This document shows, in pieces, positions 1 through 13,899 of a stretch of DNA of 64,000 nt. Every line of letters starts with the position of its first letter. Position 1 is the stretch's first letter. The notes below the pieces were generated by a model. It ran no database searches, was not told the origin of the DNA, and saw only the letters and a list, made by a program, of their open reading frames with translations. Position numbers and translations under genes: made by a program. The stretch comes from Chrysomallon squamiferum (taxonomy: Eukaryota; Animalia; Mollusca), in NCBI GenBank assembly GCA_012295275.1, contig CM022672.1, positions 14,260,001-14,324,000 on the forward strand. Reading direction: 5' to 3'.

Positions 1-258
1 TTGAAAACTTGAATCTGGTTTAATTTATTATTATTTAAATTCTCTTAAATGATTATATATAATAAAGCTTCTTGTATTAAAAATAGTTTAAAAACTATAA
101 TAAATCACTTGCTTCTTTTTATAAACATTATGGACATACACACTCAAAAGTATTTCCTTGTTTCTATTCTGCAAACACTGTAAATGTATGTATAATAAAA
201 ATAAAACTTTAATAAATGTTATATGCAAATTTACACTAATGTGTTATAACAAACTTAC

Positions 259-3200
259 TTTCTGAGTGAGATCTGATGCCTCATTGATGTATCTGTCACG
301 TTCTTTCTCCAACTGGTAGATAATCTTTCTCTGTTTTTGAGCTTCCTCTTTGTAATTCTGAATCTCCTGTTCCAAGTTCTTCTTGGATTGTTCATGAAGT
401 TTCACCAGGTGGAGCTGTTTCTGGGTGGCACTAGCTGCCTTCAGCAGATTCTGGAATAACAAGAAAATAAATGAATTAACATCTGTTTAACAAGACCTAT
501 AAAACATTTCACTGTTGAGGCTTCATATATCAATTAGCAGCAATAAATATTTTACATACTACAGTTCTTCAGCCTTCCAGATGGCTTTCTAGCAAAAAAT
601 TTAAATTTTGTTTGGAAGAAGAAAAAGTTAATTTGCTATTTGATTAGTGCATTTTTACAACTGCAAACAGAATGAATATAATCTTGAAAATTACTTCCAC
701 CATATTGATGGTGCCCACTAATTTCTGAAGCAACAGATTATCTCCAAAGATGGTCAACACAATGGTCACTAAAAACTGACCTTGTTGAGGATGTCCCTTT
801 CTCTGATGAGGTCATCAATAGTCTTTCTGTCATTTTCTGCTTGCTTCTTAGCAGCTTCAAGCTCTTAAATAATAAAGATTGTTAATTAGCAGACTGTTTA
901 TTAAAAAGAAAGAAATATAAATAACCAAACAAAATTAATTAAAATTAATATTAATAATTTACAATAAAGAAATGAAAAAAAACAACAGCTGCACAATAAA
1001 ATAAAATCACACAAATTTAAAGCTGACCGTCAGACATTAGATTTCAAACATAAAGATTTGTTCACTATTTTATATAAGACTAAATCAGTTAATTTTGTTC
1101 ACTAAAATATTGTCCACAGTGTGATCTTGTCACTTTATTTTATTATTATTATTTTTAAAATATATATTATTTATTTTGTTTGTTTCTATGGACACCAACT
1201 AAAGATTCAATCCTACATGTTTGAAATAATTAAATATTATATATTAACCTCGTTCCAGTCCTAAAACTTGACCTTTCAAGGTCTCTCTTTGTTGTTCTAC
1301 ATCTGCCTTGGCATCCTCAGCTTGTCGCAGTTTCCTCTGAATTATCTCCCTTGTTTTGTTCAATCTTTGAGTTTCAACCTTCAAGGCATTGACCTCTTCT
1401 TCTTTTTGCTAAAAATATTATTTGAAAAACATATTTTTTAAATGTAATGTTACTGACAATTGATTTAGTACATAACACTGATTTTAATACATTAAATCCT
1501 AATTTCAAAAGCCAAAAATATATAAGAAACATTTTATCAGACACTTTAAAGTCGCAAAAAAAAAAACTAATAATATTTATAGATAAGATTTCAGGATTTT
1601 TTCAACATCTTTTTTTGAAGTTTCAAAGATATGTGTCATGGCTGAACCAATAAAAAAAAAAACATGGAAATAATTAATAACTGATAAAAATAAGATTTCA
1701 GAATCTACAAAATGCTGCTTACTACAGATCTTGATTGTAATGGGTGGTTACCTCCATCATTTTATAACCGTACCTTCAATTCTTGGACTTTGGCTTGGTT
1801 TTCTGTAGCCAGAGCATCGGCAGCTATTAGCTGTTGATCATACTCCTGTGTCAGCTTCGTGAACCTTGCATGCATCACCTCCGAGTCTTTGATAGATCTC
1901 TCATTGAAAACCTACGACAAACAGAGAATAACATTAAACAACAATTATAATACATTTTTTCAATAAACAAATTAGTAACAGACAACCTGGACACATTTTA
2001 AAATTAATGGCTGTGATTACAAGTTTCTTGTTTAGTAATACGGGAGAAAAAAACCCACTAACATGTTTGAAATAATGTTATGAAAGATGAAGTGGAGATT
2101 GCCAGTATCATTGTTTACAAATTATAGGTACTTTTTAATAGACATTTATTTTATGGTATATTTGATGCCATATGGAACATTGGATGAATAGGCTTGTAGT
2201 TAAACTTTGAGCAGGATTGATACATATCTCGTGAGGCTAGCTGTCTAACACTAAACTACAGCCAGAAAACAATTAATCAAAGTGAAGTATTATCAATAAT
2301 GGAATAAACGAGATCTGAAAATATGAATAATTACCCGTTGTTCCTTGACTTGTTGTTCTAGTTTCTGGATGTCCTGTTTGTACCGTTCTATCTGACTCTG
2401 CATGGCTTTGATGTCCGACACCTTCGCGTCAAGATCAGCCTTGGTCTGTTTCAGCTCTCTCTCCAGCTTGTCTTTCTTCCGCAGTTCTCTCTGAACTTCA
2501 TTGTTTCGAACTTGAATGTCTTGATTTAGCTGAGAAATTAAAAAAAATTAAAAATTACTTTATAACTTTACAGAATCATGTTGAAAATGTAATAAAATAA
2601 GTATTCTTCTAATTTGTTCTTTTTTTTGTAAAGCATTTTAAATGTAATTTTATTAGTATCATTACTAAAAAAAAAATGTCTCTCTCTCTTATATTTTGAA
2701 TTTTTATAGTCATTTTCAGTTTTTGTTTTTCTAATTATGGATAGGTTCTCCCATTAACAAGTTTGAAACTTTATTTGTGGACACTTTCTCTCTCTACAAA
2801 TTCCAGATACAAATATTGCAGACAGTTCCAAAAAATACTTAATGTGCACAGTTATTCACAATGAGAGACCCCTGATATCAATTCTCACACCTACTTTATA
2901 TTGATGCTTATCAATTTTCAAATGTGTAAGATAAGGGAAGCAACTCATACCCTTCTTACTATTTATTCCAATACCTATATAATGTGGACAGTAAATATGA
3001 AATGACATTTTGGTACCTCTAAAACTTTACGGTCTGCCTCTTCCTTCTTCTCCTCAAGTTTAGCTATCTCATTACTGGCTTCAGAGAGTTTTGTCCTGAG
3101 TTTTGTTATTTCCTGAAGTTGCTCATCTCTTTCTTTAGTAAGGTCTTCTTTTATTTTCAACAATTCATTTACACTAAAATAATAAAATTATTGTGTTAAA

Positions 3201-3267
3201 ATACTACAATTACTATAATTACTACAATTACTACTATTACTACTATTACTACTATTACTACTACTAC

Positions 3268-3326
<59 letters not shown>

Positions 3327-5079
3327 AATAATTATAATAAATAAATAAATAAATTAATAAATGAATTATAATTATTTCTTCCTATTTTCTTATATATTAT
3401 TTGATTTATTTTGTAATTTTATTTACATCTGATTGTTTTTATTGATTTTTCTACAAGACAAGGTAAAGACATCAACAATTTTGAAAAAGACTGAGCTGTC
3501 AGTAAAATAAAAAAATCAAACGAGATAAAAATACAATTATTTATTTAAAACTTTACTATACGCAATAACAAAAATATACCATTATTTGTTTTGTTTTATC
3601 TGAAATTAACATATAATAAAAACAAATAAATATCTATTAAACCAGTATATAAATTTTCTCCCTCTAAAGAAGTTTTATTTGATCTAATCTGTGATTACCT
3701 GTGTTCCTGTCCCATTGTTAGGCCAGCGCCCTGTTCTACCAGTTTGCTTAAGTTGGAGATTTCTGTCTTCAAGGACTGAATGGTTTCTCTGGCTCTTGTT
3801 TCTTTTTCGTGAGCAGCATCTACCATCTTCCATGCTTTTTCTATTTCCTACAAAACCAATTCATAAACTGAATAAACATAATACATTTAAATGTCCATAT
3901 GAGACAGTAGTATTTAGAGACTTATTTATTTATTAATATTTTTTAAGAAATTACTTTTCAAAGCATACTGGGCTGCAGAATAGTTATGGGTTTGTCCAGG
4001 ATAGATCATTTTTTATTATTAGACAAATACAATTATTTTACACAAAGTTTTATTTCCCTGCCAAGAAAAAAAAGGAAATTAAAGGATCAAGATACTAGCA
4101 ATAAATCAGTTTTTTTATTCAACAGTAATTCCTTAAATATATTCCATGACAACAAAAAATAATATTAATAAAAAGTTAGAAATTAAAATACTGATTCTTA
4201 ACATCAAGACTATTATCACAATATTTATCAAATCATTATTCAAGACTATATAAAAAAAAAAAAAAAAAAAAAAATATTCTCTGTGTAGAGCAACAATAAA
4301 CTTGGATGTGATTGTTCCTTTTTAGCTTTCTTTTCTAAAAATATTAGTAGCAAATTGCAGCTACACAGCATTAAATGCCACTACACTGTACATTTATAAT
4401 AGTTTTTACCTTTTTCAGGGAAGATATTGTACTTTGGTCTTCATGAGATAGTTTTAGGGCTGTTGTTACTTTTGCAGAGTTGGCAACAATTTCTGCATTT
4501 AGTTCTCTGCATTTCTGCATTAACCGTTTCTCACTTTCATGAGATTTCTTCAAGGCTTTGTGAAGTTTTTCATATTCAGCACGAAATTTCTCCAGAGAGC
4601 GATCTCCCATCAATTCTTGAAGCACCTATACAAAAGTGAATACATTATATTTAAATGTTTAAGTGTCAGAAGCCTCTGATGAAAACAGTTTTATACTGTG
4701 TCAGTTTCATAAAATAAATTATAATTATTGTTATTATTAAAGTCTATGTTTGTGGTAGTATTACTTAAAAAATTAAGCTAATTATATATATTATACTTAA
4801 AAATATAAATTATACATTTTATTTTATAATCTTTAATCTCTATTTATTAATATCTAAGAAATATTTACATCTTGGAAATCTTTTTCCAAAGCTTCAAAGG
4901 CACTGTCATCAATAGACGTCTTGTCTTTTGTATCCTTTTTGTCCTAAAATATAAAACAGTGTATGTTATTGTTAATAAGAAAAATAAATAAAACAATATT
5001 TAAAAAAATTGCAGACTTAGTTTTGAAAAAGTATATTTGTAACAAATCTGTCAATAAATCCAGTTTATTGTATGTCTCT

Positions 5080-5156
<77 letters not shown>

Positions 5157-5488
5157 ATTAGCCTTTTAAGAGTTTGTTTTGTTTATTTTTTGTAGATTTT
5201 TGTTTTGTTTGTTGTTGTTCATACTAAAACCAGTATTAACAAAATTATTGATCTAAATATAATTGTGTTAACTGAATTATGTACGTTTTAAAATTACAGA
5301 CGATACAAAACAAAAAACAACAATGTCCCAATTTGCCGTTAAATATACCGAAATTATTATCGGGTCGGAAATATATCCAATATAACATAAAATTCACAAC
5401 TCACAATCAGTCATTTTAAAAAGCAATATGTAATAAATTTGCTCTTATTATATATCATTATAAGCAATATGTATCTTACCTCAGACAT
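259..5488 (-). CDS. CFAP58: Cilia- and flagella-associated protein 58 (coiled-coil), 5' portion: 10 coding exons, gene continues beyond the left edge
   Basis: Phase-consistent GT-AG exons: 5480-5488 (ATG TCT GAG|gtaag), 4869-4943, 4410-4625, 3699-3847, 3017-3173, 2335-2529, 1774-1911, 1249-1408, 781-863, 259-450 (458 codons). Peptides SAFEALEKDFQDVLQELMGDRSLEKFRAEYEKLH, KRLMQKCRELNAEIVANSAKV and LVKLHEQSKKNLEQEIQNYKEEAQKQRKII closely match CFAP58/CCDC147 as I recall it. Confidence 0.93.
5083..5153. repeat. (TG)n microsatellite in CFAP58 intron 1
   Basis: Uninterrupted TG run seen directly. Confidence 0.95.
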
Positions 5489-5573
5489 GTTTGCCGTATA
5501 TTAATTCAAAACGCAATATTTAAAATGATTCTTTTTCGGTATCCGATCTCAAACAACACGTTATGTACCAGCC

Positions 5574-5588
5574 GTTGTCCTTAGAAAC
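5574..5588. promoter_or_regulatory. RFX X-box-like element in the CFAP58 promoter
   Basis: Imperfect palindrome GTTGTCCTTAGAAAC (reverse GTTTCTAAGGACAAC) ~85 bp upstream of the ATG, in a locally CpG-retaining patch (~5280-5640). X-boxes are typical of ciliary gene promoters. Confidence 0.6.
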
Positions 5589-6165
5589 CAATGTGATTCA
5601 ATGGCAGACCTTCCGGGCTCAGTGCATGATGACTTTTTGTTCACATTAAAAATGGTGTTTAAATAATTTAAACAATTGTTGTTGTTGTTTTTTTAAATTA
5701 TTCAGGTTTAACAAAAAGAACGAAATTTCTTTTCTTGCGAAAACATAATGCAAATAATAATAATTTACAAGGATAAATGACAGCAACATGCAAGAGGCAT
5801 TATACAGTTTTATAACAGTTTTTATTATCATTATTTAAAAATAATAATTTCATAATTAAATTCAATTTATCTTACAGTTAAAATTAATACTTATTTAATA
5901 ATATATGAACATATGAAATGAAACTTATTTATATATAGGATAAATTCTAGTCAATTTAAATTTTTTTTTTATTAAATGTTAATTTAGAATGGGAAAAAAG
6001 TTATATTGAGATATCCTCCAAAATTGTATTTAGATGAAGATAATCATAAGTTAATACAAATTATTTGTATAAAAAGAAATTTGACTATCAATAGGTTGTT
6101 AATTCATTACTTGAAATTAAAATAATAATAATAATAATAATAATAAATTAAAAATTTATTATGGC

Positions 6166-6208
<43 letters not shown>

Positions 6209-6422
6209 TTTTAAGTAACAAAAAAAATAAAAAAAAATAATCAACACCTTAATAGATAAAATAGTTTAATATGTAACAACCTCTTTGAATAAACAATTCA
6301 ACAATGCTCAAAATTAAATGGTAGGATGTACATATGAATAAAATGCAAAACCAGCTATGTTTGTAAGTATAACAATGAAAGTAAATAAAAAATTGAAACC
6401 TGCTTTCATTTCAATAATTTAA

Positions 6423-6464
<42 letters not shown>

Positions 6465-7323
6465 TCTAATAATAATTCTAATAATAGTAATATTAAAATA
6501 ACAATAAATTAAATAAGATTAAAAACCAGGTTTTATCTCCATATAAATTTCTATTCATGTTCTGTAGTAGTTGAATATGAATCAAATCCGAATCAACTCA
6601 AATTAATTTAATATCATTAAACTGTAGCTGTATTAATATGAGGTAGTGTAAAAAAACAAATATTTTTTAAATCTAAATGTGGTTAGCTGATCTTCTGTCA
6701 GTTATATACTGCAGATTCAGGTTTGTAACTCCAATTTTTTTTTTTAACCTGTTTTTTTATTTAATTTGTTTTAAATTCACCATCCTTTTTTTTTTTTTTT
6801 CTCCTAAAATGAAATCAACATGAGTTTTTTTTATTTGTGCCCAAATCTGACTAATGCTTACAGCACGCAGACATGTGGATAGCTGCCCAGACAGTCATTG
6901 AAAGGTCTCAACAAGATGGACATTACTGTTTCATCAAATATGAGATCTTTGGTAAATTTTTAAACATATAAATAAGGCACTTCTGTTCACATTATCAGTT
7001 CTGAGACATGTAGAAATGTAGAAATATAATACATATTAAAATTACAAATCTTGAGGTGGACTATTGCTTGCATAATTATAGTCAATTATTGATGAGGACT
7101 GCTGTTGCTTTTGTGATATGTTCTATGTCAACAATTATTCATTCATGCCGTCGACTTTCTGATGTAGTAGAACAACTGTTCTTACTCTTCTTTTTCAGTC
7201 AGACTGGCAGTTAATGACACTGTCAGTTCTAGAACCCAGAGATCATGGACAACGATTCATTCAATCAGCTGTTATAACTGTTGTTACTGTTTGCTTAAAA
7301 TTAGTGCAGTTCTGTCAATACTG

Positions 7324-8447
7324 TCAGTGCTGCAACTTGCTGGATGTGGACGGTTCCTCTGATTTTATTTTGTTCATATGATAATCCAAGTCTGAGTTTT
7401 TTATCCCTGACTTGTTGTGATCCACCGACCACATGCTTGGGAGGTACTGGGGCTGCATTGTGTCTAGAAAATGTTGTCTCCATTTTTTCTCAAAACAGAC
7501 AAGTCCTTGATCACTTTTGTACTTGTTTACAACCTTTTGTCCGTGAGACACATAATCTTCATTTATAATTCTGAGAAAAAAATATATATATTTTGTATTA
7601 TAATAATATACAAATTAGGAGAGGGAGAGAGTAGGGAGGGGAGGGAGAGAGTAGGGAGGGGAGGGAGAGAGTAGGGAGGGGAGGGAGGGGCAGTGGAGGG
7701 AGGGGGAGAGGAAGAAAGGGAGAAGAGAGACAGAGCAATAGAGAGATATATATATATATTTATATATATACTTCCTGAATACCCAGGATCTATGTATGAT
7801 ATGGCATACTCCTTTTTATAATATATATTTATATTATTCTTAATGAAACACATTAAATATTGTACAATGAATCTGGATCCTAGCAATATTTTAAAACATT
7901 TTCATGAAAGGTGAATAATACCTGACATCCATACTGCATGCTTTTTCTAGAATATCATCTGTAATGGATGATACACCAAAATGATCAAGTATTACTTTCT
8001 TCAGTTCTTCCTTTCTAGATTCAGGAATCTTCTCACTGTTCAGTTTCAAAGCTCTAAAGAAAATTAAATGTTCAAAGTAATTTGAGGTTATGAATATTTC
8101 TGAACTTCATTTAAATACTTTTGAAAACTTTTCATTAATATATGTATGTATTTAAAATTAAATTAAAAATCAGAGTTAATAAAGATGGCCATACTGTATT
8201 CTGTTTATAAATAAATTTCATAATTAAAAAAAGATTTTAATTTCACAAGCAAAAATACACTGTAAATATTCATCACTTGTATTATTAATTCTTAATTAAC
8301 AATATGTTTCTAATATTTATTAGAATCAAACCAGTAAGATGTCTAGAGAAAGGTTACAGAGTAAAAAGAAAAAAACACAGCCACTCTCATACACACACAC
8401 ATGTATGCATGTGTCTTTTATTGATTTAATATGTGTAATACATTTAA

Positions 8448-8489
<42 letters not shown>

Positions 8490-10248
8490 AAGTATTAAAA
8501 TGTTCTTTACTCCATATTTTGTGTTATTGTTAACAATGGGTTGCTCTAGCAATTCCTAAATTTTTTTGTTTTCATTTTTAACCTATATACATGAAAGACA
8601 TATTTTTTTTTTAATATATTAACAACTTTGGTTTCTGTGTATTTCCTGTAGCACTCTTCAAGATGGTTCATGAAACCCCAGTGGTGTATCATTAGGCTAC
8701 TAATTAGATTAAAAATAAATAACAATTATTAATAGTTTCTCTATTATTTTTTGTTATTCTTACTTAGCTGCTGACTTGACAGTCTGCAATCCACGATCCT
8801 GTTTACTTCTAGCACCTGAACCTGACTCTAGAGGTGCATCACATTCTATAGCTAGTTGTTCTCGAAATATCCCATCATGCTGTGAGCTGATCTGATGACA
8901 TGGAGGACATAGTAACAGTATATCATGTGATCTGTGATCTTTTAAAGATGGAGGAAAATATCTGGAAAAAAACAAACAAAATAATAGTAAAATATCTATA
9001 TCTTGAAGGTAGTGATACTTATGATGGCTATGGTAATGTTCTTTCAATGCAATTCAGTTTATTAGTAATTTACTGGGTATCCTTTTTTGTTTTTTTATTA
9101 ACGCAAATAATATATAACTAAATAATATTTTAAAAATTCATACTATTCAGCCACCAAAAATCATTAAAACAAATTTACAACCAATTGTGTTAATGATATT
9201 CATTTACATTTTTCTTGTGAGAAAAATGCACATCCATGAATACGTAATAACAATCAAGTAACAGTTTAAGACCACAAAATTTCAATTCACAGAACTAAAC
9301 TTGCTGATCTTCATCCTGATATGTTATTATTTAGTCAAACAAATATACAATTTCGTACAACAAAATACAAAATTTGGCAATATTATTTTTTGGGGGGTGG
9401 AATTTACTGTATAATAACAGTTAAATAAAACAAGTAGGCCTAAAGCATACTTTCTGTATTCTTGTGGCACAATAAACTTTCTGATGTAGCCATCAGTCGC
9501 TCCACAAACAACACAGACATTGTCTTTGTTCTGTAGATAGTAGTTTCTTTCTGAGTCGGGTCTCCCTGCAGGTTCAAACCTCAGTTTGACAACCAGTGGA
9601 TTATCACTGACTTTATCTGAAATTGAGTTTATTTTCATCAAAAGGTGTGAATACGTTTTGATATCAACACTTATTATATATAATTTAATTCTTATTTAAT
9701 AATAATAGTACACATCTTAAGTAACCACTTTTCCAATGGACAGAAAAGCATTCATATAACTGTAGCTCTCAAAAATAAATAAATATTTTACTAAGCTAAC
9801 GATAACTATAACAGTGAACAATTACAAATAGTTTCTAAATCTTTTCAAATTTCAAATAAAATTTAAATTATTCAAAAAATTATTTTAAATGCTGAATGTT
9901 TTCTAAATACAAAGACAGAAGTTGAGATGCTGATATTATTTTTCTGTTATTTTTACTAGTAAAACTGAAAATTTAAAAATAAATAAAATCACCTCCTAGT
10001 CGTTTAGAAATATACCACTGTGCTTTATTATAGTTGCAGGTGCACAACATCTGACCATCAGGAGCTGTCAGCTGACAGTTGTCATACAATGGTTTCTGGC
10101 GCATAGAGTATGCACGAAGCATATCAACTCCTCTGTCATGTTTTCTTTCTGATATTTTCATGGAATCCTAAATATTTATGTCAGATATTATTTTTCTAAA
10201 GAAAATGAAAATAAACTTTTGATTTTTATTTAAATAATGAAATGAAAT

Positions 10249-10281
<33 letters not shown>

Positions 10282-13200
10282 TGTGTGGTTAAGAGTGTGC
10301 AGGTGCATTTGCTTGTAGGTGTGCATGTACATAACCATTTACATGATTTAATCTGAACCACTTAAACTACATGATCAATCCTTCACTGATTGATTGAATC
10401 AGTGAGTCCATTTTATTACTTTATTCATTTTTATTATCAGACTTCTTTTTGGGGGGGGTTGTTCCATAATACCAATACAAAATAATTAAAACTGTAACTA
10501 AATAAACTTCACAACTGTAAATGCAACATGTATTCTTTGGTCTATATAACTGGGACAATAAATCAAGTTTAACATTTTTTGTATTCTTCTTACCACAGGG
10601 TTCAGCTGAGAAGTTTGAACTGCGCCATCAACTAAACCTTGACATAAAGATGTTGCTGTCTGCCAAAACTGTGCTTCAGAAATGTTGTTGAAATCTTCAT
10701 CATACATCCAGTCATAAGAGTTACTGTAAGAGTTACTTCCCCATTGTGGTGGCTCTCTATTGTTTGTCGTCTTTTTACCTGACAGTTTAGCGAGAACCAG
10801 TCTAATGAATATATCTACTGCAACCATGGCATCTGCTGCAGCATAGTCTATCTACAATATATATTTTAACAAACTGTCACTATTGAAACAAAAGTCAAAA
10901 TTCCAAAAAAAAATGTTTTTATTCAATTACAGTTTCTTCTATCTGATCAAAATTTTAAACTTGTGTATGAAAATTATTTAAAATAAAAAATGATAAAAGT
11001 AAATTTAAAGCAAAATAATATGATAATAAAAAATAAATTGTTATAATAATAATAATGATAACAATGTTAAAAAATTAAATAAATAAATAAACAACAGGAA
11101 TAAGATTTCCAAATTAATAAATATAATTTTCTTTTTTTTTTAAATTTCTGTATATTTTAGATAACAGTCTTTAGAAAATCAATACATCTATTTGAATATG
11201 ACTTCTTTTTTTTTTTCTTGTTTACCTGGTCAGTACAAAGAGTTTCTGCCTCCCAGTTACCACATCGTACTGAGCGCTCTTTGTTCAATGTCTGCCCTAG
11301 AATTCCTTCACACAGACCCTGCAAACCATTGTTTGGACTGAAAAGGAGAAAAACAGGAAAAGTGGTGAGGCACAAGCCATTTTTTTGTATTTTAGTGGTA
11401 TGTGTAACCCAAGTAACATTATCCATTACTAACGTGTTAACAGAATTTTCTTTATAATAAAACTACATATAACTAATAACTGACATAACTGGAAAAATGT
11501 ACAGTTCACATGTTTCATGACATGCCTACAAATTTTAGTGTTGGAGTAGCACACATACCTGTACTATAAATACATAAGTAGTTCAGAAAACAATAAAAAT
11601 ATAAAGAAAATAATGTCACAGCAATACTGTATTAGGCAGCATGACAAGTAGCTTGTTTCTTTTAGACTTAAATGTACTGAAAGTTTTAAACAAAACATAT
11701 AATACATTTAACTCAGCCTTGTTTGTATCTGCTAAGAAATTGATCAGTACTGATTTTTAAACTATTGGATAAGACATATAACAAAAAAAGAAAAAAAAAA
11801 AGAGAAGAAATTACATATAAGTTAATGCAACTAAATATGGAATAACACAAACCACTGAAATATTCCTCTCACTCGAACTAATACATTTCTCAAATCAACA
11901 CAACCACGAACAGCAAGACCGTAATCTTTGAGCAGTTTTTTACCATCATCAGAAACACCGACTCCTACTTTTAAAATACTGAAAACAATAATAACAGTAA
12001 ATATTTACACTTTTAAAGATAATGAAAAATTGAAATAAAAATTTGTAAATATTAATCATTTCTACTGGAAAATTTGATTTTTACAATTAAAATTAATTCA
12101 GATATAATATTAACAAGCATTCAAATGTGACGTTTTTGGGGTGAGGCTGTGAACATTTTGGAATCCTTATATATTGAGTTGTGTGTATATATATATATAT
12201 ATATATTTATATGATATTGGTGAATTTACTAAACACTGGACAAGAATATTAACATAATGATTATTATAATGTGTGTGTGTGTGTATGTGTGTGTTTGTGT
12301 GTAACTTCTTATCTTTTTATTTGAATTTTGTAATTTCTTTATTCAGTCAAATTGTGACAGGTATGTTGAAAGAGCATCACAGTCTAATTATGCTATTTAA
12401 AACATTTCTAAATATATTAAATACATTAATTTTAATTGTCAGCAATACATAAATATTAAATTTAAAAAAAATATTTTGGATACCTTAAAATCTGTGATGA
12501 CATTTAATGCTTTTCGATTCTGACACTGATCATTTTGGTGTTAATTGTTTTGTTGAAGGGGGTCTTGATGTTTTGTCTTGATATAACTTTTCTCTTCAAC
12601 TTTTCAAACTTTTTATCGATATATGTATGTGCATGTGTATTTTTATATGTGTGTGTGTATTAAAAATGGTAATAATAAATTTAAAAGAAAAACAATGACA
12701 CCATGTTCTGGCAAATACCTCCTATCTGAAAGAAAACATTTCAAAGTGCTGGGTACATCATGATGCATGTGACAAAGTCGTACCAGGGCACACTGTCCTT
12801 GATGAGTTGCAATTTGCATTAAAGCTACTGGGTTACGTTTCCCAACATCATTCACCCACTCTGTATCAAAACCAACAACCTGAAAGTAATACAAATATAA
12901 ATATATATGTATATGCATAACAGTATAAGTACATGTACTAGGCTCTACTAAAAGTTAGAAAAAAGTATATTTTAATCCTAATTCATTTTTAATGTTAGTT
13001 TTTGTAATATTTCACTGAAATTTAAACAAGAAATCATGACCGTAGCCTTCATAATTACTGGTATCAATGAGCATAAATGAATTATTTCTTATTTGTTGTC
13101 ATTACCATAAAAATATTTTTTTTACAATACATCATATACAATGTTATAGGCATGTAATATTTGATCCCTATACATAATTTATATAATGATAATATACTTA

Positions 13201-13740
13201 TATCCACAAAGAAAATACACTGTATAAATATAAAACATGATAAAATAATAATAAAAAATTATCTTATGAAGAAATTTTATAACTAAAATACGATAACCAC
13301 AGTACCTTTAAGGTTTGAATATCTGACATCAACTTTGGATAAAATATTTCCCATTCCGCTGATGATGTCACAATATTAATTGACACATCTTTTCTCCTTG
13401 TGGACAATTTCTTTTTATTCAAAACAAACCATCTAGCAAAACGCCAAAACAAAATTCCTAAATGAAAGAAAATAAATTAATTTAACTGGATTAAGTATTA
13501 AGTTATATAATTTAAAACAATTTACAATAAAGTCTGTCGTCAATTCATCGAACTTCTGGCTGGTGCTCCTAGAAATTAAACGGAAATGTAAAAGAAACAT
13601 AATAAATAAAAGAACGTTACTCAATATATTTCACACATATTACCTCCAATTATCATTCCCGGTACAACAACAACCATTTGTTTAAAAGTTTTGTTCATTT
13701 TGTTATCACCATTAATAAACCGTGAAAGTAAACGATCCAT
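7324..13740 (-). CDS. EXD2: Exonuclease 3'-5' domain-containing protein 2 (N-terminal membrane anchor, DEDD exonuclease, HNH-like Zn domain), 11 exons, ~607 aa
   Basis: Exons 13644-13740, 13306-13457, 12719-12879, 11853-11978, 11226-11337, 10594-10851, 9993-10167, 9451-9616, 8764-8961, 7922-8053, 7324-7570; all GT-AG and phase-consistent. Motifs: hydrophobic N-terminus VVVVPGMIIGGILFWRF, ExoI VVGFDTEWV, ILKVGVG, RCGNWEA...QIDYAAADA, RQKPLYDNCQLTAPDGQMLCTC, CVVCG, HRSHDILLLCPPCH, WRQHFLDTMQPQYLP. Confidence 0.93.
7618..7730 (+). repeat. G-rich polypurine tract with ~20-bp tandem unit (GAGGGAGAGAGTAGGGAGGG x3)
   Basis: Seen directly in the last EXD2 intron; more than 10 G3+ runs on the plus strand. 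Confidence 0.85.
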
Positions 13741-13899
13741 TTCAAAACTTATGCTCAGTGGGCGCAGACATTATTGACTGGTTTGTTTCCTAGGCAAGAA
13801 TATCTTTGGCAATTAAAGCGTAACATGTGTAAGAATTTGTGTAGAATGTCAAACTGATAGGACCAAGTTAGTAAGTCACTAAGTAATATATAAATTACA
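13741..13899. promoter_or_regulatory. Compact bidirectional promoter shared by EXD2 (minus) and MRPS26 (plus)
   Basis: Only 159 bp between the two divergent ATGs. The region retains CpG and contains X-box-like GTTTCCTAGGCAAG at 13785-13798. Confidence 0.75.
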
